Position numbers and translations under genes: made by a program | NCBI RefSeq assembly: GCF_009914755.1 | Contig: NC_060947.1 | Reading direction: 5' to 3' (one strand) | Length of the DNA: 64,000 nucleotides | Source of the DNA: the human T2T-CHM13v2.0 reference genome, Homo sapiens | Notes under the pieces: model-generated | Databases searched by the model: none | Told to the model about the DNA's origin: nothing | Seen by the model: only the letters and a program-made list of their open reading frames with translations | Shown: positions 1 to 12,500 of the stretch, piece after piece | Layout of the letters: each line of letters starts with the position of its first letter | Position numbering within the stretch: the stretch's first letter is position 1

Positions 1-81
1 AAGTTCAACTCTGGGAGTTGAATACAAACATCACAAAGTAGTTTCCGAGATTGCTTCTGGTTAGTTCTTATGTGAAGATGA

Positions 82-269
82 TCCCGTTTCCAGTGAAATC
101 TTCAAAGAGGTCCACATATCCCCTTGCAGATTCCAAAGAAAGAGGGTTTCAAAACTGCTCCATCAAAAGGATTGTTCAACTCTGTGAGTTGAATGCAGTC
201 ATCGCAGAAAACTTTCTGAGAATGCTTCTGTCTAGGTTTGAGGTGAAGATATAGACGTTTCAAACGAAG
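82..269 (-). other. Two adjacent B-type monomers with fixed degenerate CENP-B boxes (a third is at 1287-1303)
   Basis: 82-98 tcccgtttccagtgaaa (TTCG>TTCA); 253-269 agacgtttcaaacgaag (CGGG>CGTC); 1287-1303 tcccgtttccaaagaaa (TTCG>TTCT). Confidence 0.85.
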
Positions 270-419
270 GCTACAAAGTGGTCAACATATACACTTGCAG
301 ATTCTACTACAAGGGTGTTGCAAACCTCAACTATCAAAGGAAGGTTCAACTCTGTGAGATGAATGCAAACATCACAAAGAATGTTCTGAGTTTGCTTCCG
401 TTCAGTTATGGGAAGTTGA

Positions 420-436
420 TCCCGTTTCCAACGAAA
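420..436 (-). other. CENP-B box, canonical (recurs in each HOR)
   Basis: + strand tcccgtttccaacgaaa is the reverse complement of TTTCGTTGGAAACGGGA and matches NTTCGNNNNANNCGGGN. Confidence 0.95.
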
Positions 437-929
437 TCCTCAGAGAGGTCCAAATATCCCCTTGCAGATTCTACAAAACGTGTGTTTGGAAACTGCTCCA
501 TCATAACGAATGTTCAGCTCTCTGAGTTAAACTCCATCGTCACAAAGAATTTTCTGAGGGTGCTACCTTCTAGTTTTTATATGAAGTTCTTTCCTTTACT
601 ACCACAGGCCTCAAAGTGGTCCAAATCTCCACTTGCAGATTCTACAAAAAGAGTGTTTGCAAACTGCTCTATCAAAAGGAATGTTCAACTCTGGGAGTTG
701 AATGCAATCATCACAGAGCAGTTTCTGAGAATGCTTCTATGTCGTTTTTAGGAGAAGATATTTCCTTTTCCAACACAGTCCTCCAAGCCCGCTAAATATC
801 CACTTGCACATTGTAGAAAAAGTGTGTCGAAGCTGCGCTATCAAAGGGAAAGTTCAACTCTGTGAGGTGAATGCAAACATCCCAAAGAAGTTTCTGAGAA
901 TGCTTCCGTTTAGCTTTAAGTGAAGATTA

Positions 930-946
930 TCCCGTTTCCAACGAAA
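930..946 (-). other. CENP-B box, canonical (recurs in each HOR)
   Basis: tcccgtttccaacgaaa on the + strand. Confidence 0.95.
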
Positions 947-975
947 TCTTCAAAGAGGTCCAAATATCCCCTTGC

Positions 976-981
976 GGATCC
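976..981. other. HOR-defining BamHI site (once per unit; lost at 29421-29426)
   Basis: cttgcGGATCCcacag recurs at the HOR period; at 29421 it reads ggatct. Confidence 0.9.
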
Positions 982-1101
982 CACAGAAAGAGTGTTTCGA
1001 AACTGCTGTTTCAAAAGGAATCTTCAACTCTGTGAGTTGAATGCAATCATCACAAAGAAGTTTCTGACAATGCTTCTCTCTCGTCTTTCTGTGAAGATAA
1101 A

Positions 1102-1142
1102 GGAAAAGGCTTTCAGGCCATTTCCACCACAGGCCTGAAAGC
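1102..1142. repeat. Inverted-repeat element in the 186-bp long monomer (once per HOR)
   Basis: ggaaaaggctttcaggcc(a/t)tttccaccacaggcctgaaagc: gctttcaggcc pairs with ggcctgaaagc. In T-allele copies ggaaaaggc also pairs with gccttttcc. Confidence 0.9.
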
Positions 1143-1624
1143 GCTCCAAATGTCCACTTGCAGATTCTGCCAAAAGAATATTTCAAAACTGCTCTATGAA
1201 AAGCAATGTTAAACTCTGCGGCTCGAACACAAACATCACAAAGCAGTTTCTGAGAATGCTTCAGTTTAGTTTTTCTGTGGAAATATTCCCGTTTCCAAAG
1301 AAATCTTCAAAGAGGTCCACGCATCCACTTACAGATTCTACAAAAAGACAGTTTAAAAACTGCTCAATCAAAAGGAGGGTTCAACTGTGTGACTTGAATG
1401 CATTCATCACTCAGAAGTTTCTGAGAACGCTTCTCTTTAGTTTTTACGTGAACATATACCCGTTTCGAATGAAGGCCAGCCAGTGGTCCAAATATCCACT
1501 TGCAGATTCTACAGAAAGAGTGTTTTGAACCTGAACTCTCAAAGGCAGGTTCATCTCTGCGAGTTAAATGCATTCATCATGAAGAACTTTCTCAGCGTGT
1601 TTGTGTTTAGTTATGGGAAATTAT

Positions 1625-1641
1625 TCCCGTTTCCAACGAAA
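1625..1641 (-). other. CENP-B box, canonical (recurs in each HOR)
   Basis: tcccgtttccaacgaaa on the + strand. Confidence 0.95.
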
Positions 1642-3513
1642 TCCTCAGAGAGCTCCAAATATCCACCTGCAGATTGTACCAAAAGTGTATTTGGAAACTG
1701 CTCCATGAAAAGGCATGTTCAGCTCTGTGAGTGAAACTCCGTCATCACAAAGAATATTCTGAGAATGCTTCCGTTTGCCTTTTATATGAAGTTCCTTCCT
1801 ATACTACCGTAGGCCTCAAAGCAGTCCAAATCTCCATTTGCAGATTCTACAAAAAGAGTGATTCCAATCTGCTCTATCAATAGGATTGTTCAACTCCATG
1901 AGTTGAATGCCATCCTCACAAAGTAGTTTCTGAGAATGCTTCTATGTAGTTTTTATGTGAAGATATTTCCTTTTCCACCACAGGCCTCAAAGCCCTCCAA
2001 ACGTCCACTTGCAGATTCCCGAAAAAGAGTGTTTCATAGCTGCTCTTTCAAAAGGAAAGTTCAACTCTGGGAGTTGAATACAAACATCACAAAGTAGTTT
2101 CCGAGAATGCTTCTGTTTAGTTCTTATGTGAAGATGATCCCGTTTCCAGTGAAATCTTCAAAGAGGTCCACATATCCCCTTGCAGATTCCAAAAAAAGAG
2201 GGTTTCAAAACTGCTCCATCAAAAGGATTGTTCAACTCTGTGAGTTGAATGCAGTCATCGCAGAAAACTTTCTGAGAATGCTTCTGTCTAGGTTTGATGT
2301 GAAGATATAGACGTTTCAAACGAAGGCTACAAAGTGGTCAAAATATACACTTGCAGATTCTACTACAAGGGTGATGCAAACCTCAACTATCAAAGGAAGG
2401 TTCAACTCTGTGAGATGAATGCAAACATCACAAAGAATGTTCTGAGTTTGCTTCCGTTCAGTTATGGGAAGTTGATCCCGTTTCCAACGAAATCCTCAGA
2501 GAGGTCCAAATATCCCCTTGCAGATTCTACAAAACGTGTGTTTGGAAACTGCTCCATCATAACGAATGTTCAGCTCTCTGAGTTAAACTCCATCGTCACA
2601 AACAATTTTCTGAGACTGCTACCGTCTAGTTTTTATATGAAGTTCTTTCCTTTACTACCACAGGCCTCAAAGCGGTCCAAATCTCCACTTGCAGATTCTA
2701 CAAAAAGAGTGTTTGCAAACTGCTCTATCAAAAGGAATGTTCAACTCTGGGAGTTGAATGCAATCATCACAGAGCAGTTTCTGAGAATGCTTCTATGTCG
2801 TTTTTAGGAGAAGATATTTCCTTTTCCAACACAGTCCTCCAAGCCCGCTAAATATCCACTTGCACATTGTAGAAAAAGTGTGTCGAAGCTGCGCTATCAA
2901 AGGGAAAGTTCAACTCTGTGAGGTGAATGCAAACATCCCAAAGAAGTTTCTGAGAATGCTTCCGTTTAGCTTTAAGTGAAGATTATCCCGTTTCCAACGA
3001 AATCTTCAAAGAGGTCCAAATATCCCCTTGCGGATCCCACAGAAAGAGTGTTTCGAAACTGCTGTTTCAAAAGGAATCTTCAACTCTGTGAGTTGAATGC
3101 AATCATCACAAAGAAGTTTCTGACAATGCTTCTCTCTCGTCTTTCTGTGAAGATAAAGGAAAAGGCTTTCAGGCCATTTCCACCACAGGCCTGAAAGCGC
3201 TCCAAATGTCCACTTGCAGATTCTGCCAAAAGAATATTTCAAAACTGCTCTATGAAAAGCAATGTTAAACTCTGCGGCTCGAACACAAACATCACAAAGC
3301 AGTTTCTGAGAATGCTTCAGTTTAGTTTTTCTGTGGAAATATTCCCGTTTCCAAAGAAATCTTCAAAGAGGTCCACGCATCCACTTACAGATTCTACAAA
3401 AAGACAGTTTCAAAACTGCTCAATCAAAAGGAGGGTTCAACTGTGTGACTTGAATGCATTCATCACTCAGAAGTTTCTGAGAACGCTTCTCTTTAGTTTT
3501 TACGTGAACATAT

Positions 3514-3530
3514 ACCCGTTTCGAACGAAG
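3514..3530 (-). other. CENP-B box, variant but with all core positions (fourth box of the HOR; CpG-decayed in the copy at 1458)
   Basis: acccgtttcgaacgaag is the reverse complement of CTTCGTTCGAAACGGGT, which fits NTTCGNNNNANNCGGGN. At 1458-1474 it reads ...cgaaTgaag, which breaks TTCG. Confidence 0.85.
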
Positions 3531-6500
3531 GCCAGCCAGTGGTCCAAATATCCACTTGCAGATTCTACAGAAAGAGTGTTTTGAACCTGAACTCTCAAAG
3601 GCAGGTTCATCTCTGCGAGTTAAATGCATTCATCATGAAGAACTTTCTCAGCGTGTTTGTGTTTAGTTATGGGAAATTATTCCCGTTTCCAACGAAATCC
3701 TCAGAGAGCTCCAAATATCCACCTGCAGATTCTACCAAAAGTGTATTTGGAAACTGCTCCATGAAAAGGCATGTTCAGCTCTGTGAGTGAAACTCCGTCA
3801 TCACAAAGAATATTCTGAGAATGCTTCCGTTTGCCTTTTATATGAAGTTCCTTCCTATACTACCGTAGGCCTCAAAGCAGTCCAAATCTCCATTTGCAGA
3901 TTCTACAAAAAGAGTGATTCCAATCTGCTCTATCAATAGGATTGTTCAACTCCATGAGTTGAATGCCATCCTCACAAAGTAGTTTCTGAGAATGCTTCTA
4001 TGTAGTTTTTATGTGAAGATATTTCCTTTTCCACCACAGGCCTCAAAGCCCTCCAAACGTCCACTTGCAGATTCTCGAAAAAGAGTGTTTCATAGCTGCT
4101 CTTTCAAAAGGAAAGTTCAACTCTGGGAGTTGAATACAAACATCACAAAGTAGTTTCCGAGAATGCTTCTGTTTAGTTCTTATGTGAAGATGATCCCGTT
4201 TCCAGTGAAATCTTCAAAGAGGTCCACATATCCCCTTGCAGATTCCAAAGAAAGAGGGTTTCAAAACTGCTCCATCAAAAGGATTGTTCAACTCTGTGAG
4301 TTGAATGCAGTCATCGCAGAAAACTTTCTGAGGATGCTTCTGTCTAGGTTTGATGTGAAGATATAGACGTTTCAAACGAAGGCTACAATGTGGTCAAAAT
4401 ATACACTTGCAGATTCTACTACAAGGGTGTTGCAAACCTCAACTATCAAAGGAAGGTTCAACTCTGTGAGATGAATGCAAACATCACAAAGAATGTTCTG
4501 AGTTTGCTTCCGTTCAGTTATGGGAAGTTGATCCCGTTTCCAACGAAATCCTCAGAGAGGTCCAAATATCCCCTTGCAGATTCTACAAAACGTGTGTTTG
4601 GAAACTGCTCCATCATAACGAATGTTCAGCTCTCTGAGTTAAACTCCATCGTCACAAAGAATTTTCTGAGAGTGCTACCGTCTACTTTTTATATGAAGTT
4701 CTTTCCTTTACTACCACAGGCCTCAAAGCGGTCCAAATCTCCACTTGCAGATTCTACAAAAAGAGTGTTTGCAAATTGCTCTATCAAAAGGAATGTTCAA
4801 CTCTGGGAGTTGAATGCAATCATCACAGAGCAGTTTCTGAGAATGCTTCTATGTCGTTTTTAGGAGAAGATATTTCCTTTTCCAACACAGTCCTCCAAGC
4901 CCGCTAAATATCCACTTGCACATTGTAGAAAAAGTGTGTCGAAGCTGCGCTATCAAAGGGAAAGTTCAACTCTGTGAGGTGAATGCAAACATCCCAAAGA
5001 AGTTTCTGAGAATGCTTCCGTTTAGCTTTAAGTGAAGATTATCCCGTTTCCAACGAAATCTTCAAAGAGGTCCAAATATCCCCTTGCGGATCCCACAGAA
5101 AGAGTGTTTTGAAACTGCTGTTTCAAAAGGAATCTTCAACTCTGTGAGTTGAATGCAATCATCACAAAGAAGTTTCTGACAATGCTTCTCTCTCGTCTTT
5201 CTGTGAAGATAAAGGAAAAGGCTTTCAGGCCTTTTCCACCACAGGCCTGAATGCGCTCCAAATGTCCACTTGCAGATTCTGCCAAAAGAATATTTCAAAA
5301 CTGCTCTGTGAAAAGCAATGTTAAACTCTGTGACTCGAACACAAACATCACAAAGCAGTTTCTGAGAATGCTTCAGTTTAGTTTTTCTGTGGAAATATTC
5401 CCGTTTCCAAAGAAATCTTCAAAGAGGTCCACGCATCCACTTACAGATTCTACAAAAAGACAGTTTCAAAACTGCTCAATCAAAAGGAGGGTTCAACTGT
5501 GTGACTTGAATGCAATCATCACTCAGAAGTTTCTGAGAACGCTTCTCTTTAGTTTTTACGTGAACATATACCCGTTTGGAATGAAGGCCAGCCAGTGGTC
5601 CAAATATCCACTTGCAGATTCCACAGAAAGAGTGTTTCGAACCTGAACTCTCAAAGGCAGGTTCATCTCTGCGAGTTAAATGCATTCATCATGAAGAACT
5701 TTCTCAGCGTGTTTGTGTTTAGTTATGGGAAATTATTCCCGTTTCCAACGAAATCCTCAGAGAGCTCCAAATATCCACCTGCAGATTCTACCAAAAGTCT
5801 ATTTGGAAACTGCTCCATCAAAAGGCATGTTCAGCTCTGTGAGTGAAACTCCATCATCACAAAGAATATTCTGAGAATGCTTCCGTTTGCCTTTTATATG
5901 AAGTTCCTTCCTATACTACCGTAGGCCTCAAAGCAGTCCAAATCTCCATTTGCAGATTCTACAAAAAGAGTGATTCCAATCTGCTCTATCAATATGATTG
6001 TTCAACTCCATGAGTTGAATGCCATCCTCACAAAGTAGTTTCTGAGAATGCTTCTATGTAGTTTTTATGTGAAGATATTTCCTTTTCCACCACAGGCCTC
6101 AAAGCCCTCCAAACGTCCACTTGCAGATTCTCGAAAAAGAGTGTTTCATAGCTGCTCTTTCAAAAGGAAATTTCAACTGTGGGAGTTGAATACAAACATC
6201 ACAAAGTAGTTTCCGAGAATGCTTCTGTTTAGTTCTTATGTGAAGATGATCCCGTTTCCAGTGAAATCTTCAAAGAGGTCCACATATCCCCTTGCAGATT
6301 CCAAAGAAAGAGGGTTTCAAAACTGCTCCATCAAAAGGATTGTTCAACTCTGTGAGTTGAATGCAGTCATCGCAGAAAACTTTCTGAGAATGCTTCTGTC
6401 TAGGTTTGATGTGAAGATATAGACGTTTCAAACGAAGGCTACAAAGTGTTCAAAATATACACTTGCAGATTCTACTACAAGGGTGATGCAAACCTCAACT

Positions 6501-9500
6501 ATCAAAGGAAAGTTCAACTCTGTGAGTTGAATACAAACATCACAAAGAATGTTCTGAGTTTGCTTCCGTTCAGTTATGGGAAGTTGATCCCGTTTCCTAC
6601 GAAATCCTCAGAGAGGTCCAAATATCCCCTTGCAGATTCTACAAAACGTGTGTTTGGAAACTGCTCCATCATAACGAATGTTCAGCTCTCTGAGTTGAAC
6701 TCCATCGTCACAAAGAATTTTCTGAGAGTGCTACCGTCTAGTTTTTATATGAAGTTCTTTCCTTTACTACCACAGGCCTCAAAGCGGTCCAAATCTCCAC
6801 TTGCAGATTCTACAAAAAGAGTGTTTGCAAACTGCTCTATCAAAAGGAATGTTCAACTCTGGGAGTTGAATGCAATCATCACAGAGCAGTTTCTGAGAAT
6901 GCTTCTATGTCGTTTTTAGGAGAAGATATTTCCTTTTCCAACACAGTCCTCCAAGCCCGCTAAATATCCACTTGCACATTGTAGAAAAAGTGTGTCGAAG
7001 CTGCGCTATCAAAGGGAAAGTTCAACTCTGTGAGGTGAATGCAAACATCCCAAAGAAGTTTCTGAGAATGCTTCCGTTTAGCTTTTAGGTGACGATTATC
7101 CAGTTTCCAACGAAACCTTCAAAGAGATCCAAATATCCCCTTGCGGATCCCACAGAAAGAGTGTTTCGAAACTGCTGTTTCAAAAGGAATCTTCAACTCT
7201 GTGAGTTGAATGCAATCATCACAAAGAAGTTTCTGACAATGCTTCTCTCTCGTCTTTCTGTGAAGATAAAGGAAAAGGCTTTCAGGCCTTTTCCACCACA
7301 GGCCTGAAAGCGCTCCAAATGTCCACTTGCAGATTCTGCCAAAAGAATATTTCAAAACTGCTCTATGAAAAGCAATGTTAAACTCTGTGACTCGAACACA
7401 AACATCACAAAGCAGTTTCTGAGAATGCTTCAGTTTAGTTTTTCTGTGGAAATATTCCCGTTTCCAAAGAAATCTTCAAAGAGGTCCACGCATCCACTTA
7501 CAGATTCTACAAAAAGACAGTTTCAAAACTGCTCAATCAAAAGGAGGGTTCAACTGTGTGACTTGAATGCAATCATCACTCAGAAGTTTCTGAGAACGCT
7601 TCTCTTTAGTTTTTACGTGAACATATACCCGTTTGGAATGAAGGCCAGCCAGTGGTCCAAATATCCACTTGCAGATTCCACAGAAAGAGTGTTTCGAACC
7701 TGAACTCTCAAAGGCAGGTTCATCTCTGCGAGTTAAATGCATTCATCATGAAGAACTTTCTCAGCGTGTTTGTGTTTAGTTATGGGAAATTATTCCCGTT
7801 TCCAACGAAATCCTCAGAGAGCTCCAAATATCCACCTGCAGATTCTACCAAAAGTGTATTTGGAAACTGCTCCATCAACAGGAATGTTCAGCTCTGTGAG
7901 TGAAACTCCATCATCACAAAGAATATTCTGAGAATGCTTCCGTTTGCCTTTTATATGAAGTTCCTTCCTATACTACCGTAGGCCTCAAAGCAGTCCAAAT
8001 CTCCATTTGCAGATTCTACAAAAAGAGTGATTCCAATCTGCTCTATCAATAGGACTGTTCAACTCCATGAGTTGAATGCCATCCTCACAAAGTCGTTTCT
8101 GAGAATGCTTCTATGTAGTTTTTATGTGAAGATATTTCCTTTTCCACCACAGGCCTCAAAGCCCTCCAAACGTCCACTTGCAGATTCTCGAAAAAGAGTG
8201 TTTCATAGCTGCTCTTTCAAAAGGAAAGTTCAACTCTGGGAGTTGAATACAAACATCACAAAGTAGTTTCCGAGAATGCTTCTGTTTAGTTCTTATGTGA
8301 AGATGATCCCGTTTCCAGTGAAATCTTGAAAGAGGTCCACATATCCCCTTGCAGATTCCAAAGAAAGAGGGTTTCAAAACTGCTCCATCAAAAGGATTAT
8401 TCAACTCTGTGAGTTGAATGCAGTCATCGCAGAAAACTTTCTGAGAATGCTTCTGTTTAGGTTTGATGTGAAGATATAGACGTTTCAAACGAAGGCTACA
8501 AAGTGGTCAAAATATACACTTGCAGATTCTACTACAAGGGTGATGCAAACCTCAACTATCAAAGGAAGGTTCAACTCTGTGAGTTGAATACAAACATCAC
8601 AAAGAATGTTCTGAGTTTGCTTCCGTTCAGTTATGGGAAGTTGATCCCGTTTCCTACGAAATCCTCAGAGAGGTCCAAATATCCCCTTGCAGATTCTACA
8701 AAACGTGTGTTTGGAAACTGCTCCATCATAACGAATGTTCAGCTCTCTGAGTTAAACTCCATCGTCACAAAGAATTTTCTGAGAGTGCTACCGTCTAGTT
8801 TTTATATGAAGTTCTTTCCTTTACTACCACAGGCCTCAAAGCGGTCCAAATCTCCACTTGCAGATTCTACAAAAAGAGTGTTTGCAAACTGCTCTATCAA
8901 AAGGAATGTTCAACTCTGGGAGTTGAATGCAATCATCACAGAGCAGTTTCTGAGAATGCTTCTATGTCGTTTTTAGGAGAAGATATATCCTTTTCCAACA
9001 CAGTCCTCCAAGCCCGCTATATATCCACTTGCACATTGTAGAAAAAGTGTGTCGAAGCTGTGCTATCAAAGGGAAAGTTCAACTCTGTGAGGTGAATGCA
9101 AACATCCCAAAGAAGTTTCTGAGAATGCTTCCGTTTAGCTTTAAGTGAAGATTATTCCGTTTCCAACGAAATCTTCAAAGAGGTCCAAATATCCCCTTGC
9201 GGATCCCACAGAAAGAGTGTTTCGAAACTGCTGTTTCAAAAGGAATCTTCAACTCTGTGAGTTGAATGCAATCATCACAAAGAAGTTTCTGACAATGCTT
9301 CTCTCTCGTCTTTCTGTGAAGATAAAGGAAAAGGCTTTCAGGCCATTTCCACCACAGGCCTGAAAGCGCTCCAAATGTCCACTTGCAGATTCTGCCAAAA
9401 GAATATTTCAAAACTGCTCTATGAAAAGCAATGTTAAACTCTGCGGCTCGAACACAAACATCACAAAGCAGTTTCTGAGAATGCTTCAGTTTAGTTTTTC

Positions 9501-12500
9501 TGTGGAAATATTCCCGTTTCCAAAGAAATCTTCAAAGAGGTCCACGCATCCACTTACAGATTCTACAAAAAGACAGTTTCAAAACTGCTCAATCAAAAGG
9601 AGGGTTCAACTGTGTGACTTGAATGCATTCATCACTCAGAAGTTTCTGAGAACGCTTCTCTTTAGTTTTTACGTGAACATATACCCGTTTCGAATGAAGG
9701 CCAGCCAGTGGTCCAAATATCCACTTGCAGATTCTACAGAAAGAGTGTTTTGAACCTGAACTCTCAAAGGCAGGTTCATCTCTGCGAGTTAAATACATTC
9801 ATCATGAAGAACTTTCTCAGCGTGTTTGTGTTTAGTTATGGGAAATTATTCCCGTTTCCAACGAAATCCTCAGAGAGCTCCAAATATCCACCTGCAGATT
9901 GTACCAAAAGTGTATTTGGAAACTGCTCCATGAAAAGGCATGTTCAGCTCTGTGAGTGAAACTCCGTCATCACAAAGAATATTCTGAGAATGCTTCCATT
10001 TGCCTTTTATATGAAGTTCCTTCCTATACTACCGTAGGCCTCAAAGCAGTCCAAATCTCCATTTGCAGATTCTACAAAAAGAGTGATTCCAATCTGCTCT
10101 ATCAATAGGATTGTTCAACTCCATGAGTTGAATGCCATCCTCACAAAGTCGTTTCTGAGAATGCTTCTATGTAGTTTTTATGTGAAGATATTTCCTTTTC
10201 CACCACAGGCCTCAAAGCCCTCCAAACGTCCACTTGCATATTCTCGAAAAAGAGTGTTTCATAGCTGCTCTTTCAAAAGGAAAGTTCAACTCTGGGAGTT
10301 GAATACAAACATCACAAAGTAGTTTCCGTGAATGCTTCTGTTTAGTTCTTATGTGAAGATGATCCCGTTTCCAGTGAAATCTTCAAAGAGGTCCACATAT
10401 CCCCTTGCAGATTCCAAAAAAAGAGGGTTTCAAAACTGCTCCATCAAAAGGATTGTTCAACTCTGTGAGTTGAATGCAGTCATCGCAGAAAACTTTCTGA
10501 GAATGCTTCTGTCTAGGTTTGATGTGAAGATATAGACGTTTCAAACGAAGGCTACAAAGTGGTCAAAATATACACTTGCAGATTCTACTACAAGGGTGAT
10601 GCAAACCTCAACTATCAAAGGAAGGTTCAACTCTGTGAGATGAATGCAAACATCACAAAGAATGTTCTGAGTTTGCTTCCGTTCAGTTATGGGAAGTTGA
10701 TCCCGTTTCCAACGAAATCCTCAGAGAGGTCCAAATATCCCCTTGCAGATTCTACAAAACGTGTGTTTGGAAACTGCTCCATCATAACGAATGTTCAGCT
10801 CTCTGAGTTAAACTCCATCGTCACAAAGAATTTTCTGAGAGTGCTACCGTCTAGTTTTTATATGAAGTTCTTTCCTTTACTACCACAGGCCTCAAAGCGG
10901 TCCAAATCTCCACTTGCAGATTCTACAAAAAGAGTGTTTGCAAACTGCTCTATCAAAAGGAATGTTCAACTCTGGGAGTTGAATGCAATCATCACAGAGC
11001 AGTTTCTGAGAATGCTTCTATGTCGTTTTTAGGAGAAGATATTTCCTTTTCCAACACAGTCCTCCAAGCCCGCTAAATATCCACTTGCACATTGTAGAAA
11101 AAGTGTGTCGAAGCTGCGCTATCAAAGGGAAAGTTCAACTCTGTGAGGTGAATGCAAACATCCCAAAGAAGTTTCTGAGAATGCTTCCGTTTAGCTTTAA
11201 GTGAAGATTATCCCGTTTCCAACGAAATCTTCAAAGAGGTCCAAATATCCCCTTGCGGATCCCACAGAAAGAGTGTTTCGAAACTGCTGTTTCAAAAGGA
11301 ATCTTCAACTCTGTGAGTTGAATGCAATCATCACAAAGAAGTTTCTGACAATGCTTCTCTCTCGTCTTTCTGTGAAGATAAAGGAAAAGGCTTTCAGGCC
11401 ATTTCCACCACAGGCCTGAAAGCGCTCCAAATGTCCACTTGCAGATTCTGCCAAAAGAATATTTCAAAACTGCTCTATGAAAAGCAATGTTAAACTCTGC
11501 GGCTCGAACACAAACATCACAAAGCAGTTTCTGAGAATGCTTCAGTTTAGTTTTTCTGTGGAAATATTCCCGTTTCCAAAGAAATCTTCAAAGAGGTCCA
11601 CGCATCCACTTACAGATTCTACAAAAAGACAGTTTCAAAACTGCTCAATCAAAAGGAGGGTTCAACTGTGTGACTTGAATGCATTCATCACTCAGAAGTT
11701 TCTGAGAACGCTTCTCTTTAGTTTTTACGTGAACATATACCCGTTTCGAACGAAGGCCAGCCAGTGGTCCAAATATCCACTTGCAGATTCTACAGAAAGA
11801 GTGTTTTGAACCTGAACTCTCAAAGGCAGGTTCATCTCTGCGAGTTAAATGCATTCATCATGAAGAACTTTCTCAGCGTGTTTGTGTTTAGTTATGGGAA
11901 ATTATTCCCGTTTCCAACGAAATCCTCAGAGAGCTCCAAATATCCACCTGCAGATTCTACCAAAAGTGTATTTGGAAACTGCTCCATGAAAAGGCATGTT
12001 CAGCTCTCTGAGTGAAACTCCGTCATCACAAAGAATATTCTGAGAATGCTTCCGTTTGCCTTTTATATGAAGTTCCTTCCTATACTACCGTAGGCCTCAA
12101 AGCAGTCCAAATCTCCATTTGCAGATTCTACAAAAAGAGTGATTCCAATCTGCTCTATCAATAGGATTGTTCAACTCCATGAGTTGAATGCCATCCTCAC
12201 AAAGTAGTTTCTGAGAATGCTTCTATGTAGTTTTTAAGTGAAGATATTTCCTTTTCCACCACAGGCCTCAAAGCCCTCCAAACGTCCACTTGCAGATTCC
12301 CGAAAAAGAGTGTTTCATAGCTGCTCTTTCAAAAGGAAAGTTCAACTCTGGGAGTTGAATACAAACATCACAAAGTAGTTTCCGAGAATGCTTCTGTTTA
12401 GTTCTTATGTGAAGATGATCCCGTTTCCAGTGAAATCTTCAAAGAGGTCCACATATCCCCTTGCAGATTCCAAAGAAAGAGGGTTTCAAAACTGCTCCAT

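Larger units (their letters stand above)
39..2094 (-). repeat. Representative 12-monomer HOR unit (2,056-bp haplotype); monomer box order B B B A A | B A | B B B A A on the + strand
   Basis: The 17-bp box positions are 82, 253, 420, 591, 762, 930, 1116, 1287, 1458, 1625, 1796, 1967, then 2138. Spacings are 171, 167, 171, 171, 168, 186, 171, 171, 167, 171, 171, 171, summing to 2,056. The two pentamers are homologous (both have the shortened 'agttatgggaa' before the boxes at 420 and 1625), with an intervening dimer. Confidence 0.9.

Noticed and set aside
994-1003. Short perfect palindromes (gtttcgaaac; also agaatattct at ~1751)
   Set aside because: These are only 10 bp and are expected occasionally in AT-rich satellite, so they are too short to support a structural claim.
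1102-1142. Hairpin as a rho-independent terminator or ncRNA gene
   Set aside because: There is no upstream gene or proper U-tract, and the context is eukaryotic satellite. It is kept only as an inverted-repeat observation.
6588-6604. CENP-B box variants tttccTacg (6598, 8655) and tttGcaacg (~58175) as inactivating
   Set aside because: The changes fall in non-core N positions of NTTCGNNNNANNCGGGN, so these boxes are counted as intact.
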